A stretch of 64,000 nucleotides of DNA, from contig CM082581.2 in the NCBI GenBank assembly GCA_040954595.2, positions 124,001 through 188,000 on the forward strand, given 5' to 3'. Positions 63,069 through 64,000 of this stretch are shown one piece after another; position 1 is the first letter of the stretch; each line of letters starts with the position of its first letter. The notes under the pieces are model-generated. The model made no database searches. It saw nothing but the letters and a program-made list of their open reading frames with translations, and was not told the origin of the DNA. Both the position numbers and the translations under genes were made by a program. The stretch is from Balanoglossus misakiensis (lineage: Eukaryota; Animalia; Hemichordata).

Positions 63069-64000
63069 ATGTAACACATGTTTGCCCAGTGTAGCAGGTT
63101 GGACAGTTGCAGGTGTAGATTGAGCAGGAGCCTTGAAGTGGCTGATACACTCCGTTATTCAGACATGGGTTTAGAAGACACTGGTTGATCGCTAAGGGTG
63201 AGAGAAATGAAAAGTATCACATTAGGGTCTTACACACTTGAGTGGGAAGTGAAATCTGTAGCAGACTGTCAGAAGATTGCACATCCGTGTGATCATGTTC
63301 ATGTGTGAAGGATAATGAAGACCACTTGATCCAAGCTTGGTGCTACCATCTTTATCATAATTACTGAATCTTATAATATTTACTAGTTGGGGGTGGGTGG
63401 GGTGGGGGTGGGGGTAGTTGATGTCATAACTTTCTGATGTTTCAATTTACGGTTGGAAAAATAGCAACATCTACACTGATGAGCATTTGAGTCAATGAAA
63501 GTATTCATCATGGCTACCGTAGTGCATATAAGTCTCTTGGTTAGCTGCACAATCACAGGCAACTTTATTGAGACAATATCAATGACAAAGCCCAGCGATT
63601 TCTACTTTGTGCGGGAAATCTGACACTGGTTTGCTTACGTTCAGCGCACGTGGTTCCGATGAAACAGCGTGGACTCTGGCATCTGAACTCGGTGCAGGAC
63701 ACTTGCTGGCAGAATCCACTGTTTAGACAAGGGTTGGGCTGACACGGATTCAAATCTGTGCACAGAAGAGAAAGTGATATAAATTGTGTACAGTTAATAT
63801 TTACTACATATACTTTAAACAGATTTGTGCAGTCAGGGTTGAGTGGTAAAAATCTCAGTTGGTCAACAGAACATCACTGTGACAAATTTCTTCCATGTTC
63901 AACAAAAGAAACGTAATGAAATTTTGACACAGGTGTAATAGTGTCTTAGTGTACCATACGGTGCAGGTTGTTATTTGGTCAAATACACAATCCCCTTTTA
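63069..64000 (-). pseudogene. Cys-rich/8-Cys EGF pseudogene fragment, copy E (last two EGF exons visible)
   Basis: Exons at 63069..63191 and 63639..63755 match 16103..16225 and 303..419. Confidence 0.8.
63337..64000. repeat. Tandem macro-repeat unit, copy 5 (partial, runs off the window)
   Basis: Matches 1..664 at offset 63336. Confidence 0.95.

Larger units (their letters stand above)
46409..63336. repeat. Tandem macro-repeat unit, copy 4 (16928 bp; private 2-kb LINE)
   Basis: Near-identical to copy 1, with offsets 46408/46409/48449/46965/46963/46966. Confidence 0.97.

Noticed and set aside
1-64000. Notch, Delta, Crumbs or fibropellin gene assignment
   Set aside because: The domains have 8 Cys, lack Ca-binding EGF consensus and show no DSL, LNR, CUB or avidin domains. 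No gene symbol is supportable.
1-64000. Unit as a giant autonomous transposon or endogenous virus (Polinton, Teratorn, LTR element)
   Set aside because: No polymerase, integrase, capsid or transposase ORF, and no LTRs or TIRs bounding the unit.

Overview
AT-rich animal genomic DNA, probably a marine invertebrate (inferred from the repeat families; low confidence). The whole window is a head-to-tail tandem array of a ~14-17 kb unit. With arbitrary phase set at base 1, units start at 1, 16371, 30652, 46409 and 63337 (lengths 16370, 14281, 15757, 16928, then partial). Copies differ by only scattered substitutions plus private indels. Each unit carries a minus-strand, intron-containing fragment of a large cysteine-rich extracellular protein gene. 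It has five GCC2/GCC3 (ephrin-receptor-like) Cys-repeat exons followed by 11 single-domain phase-1/phase-1 exons encoding an unusual 8-cysteine EGF variant (C-x4-C-x5-C-x4..6-C-x4-C-x-C-x2-C-x5-C). Stops, frameshifts, a dead splice acceptor and a transposon insertion are shared by all copies, so the fragment was already a pseudogene when amplified. No start exon, signal peptide or terminal exon is visible. After amplification, copies gained private lesions: a Helentron-type element (copy 1), a 622-bp deletion (copy 2), an 8-bp-TSD MITE and an L2 fragment (copy 3), and a 2-kb L2 LINE (copy 4). Diagnostic SNPs group the copies in three mutually incompatible ways along the unit, indicating recombination or conversion between copies. 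Most ORFs in the supplied track are spurious.
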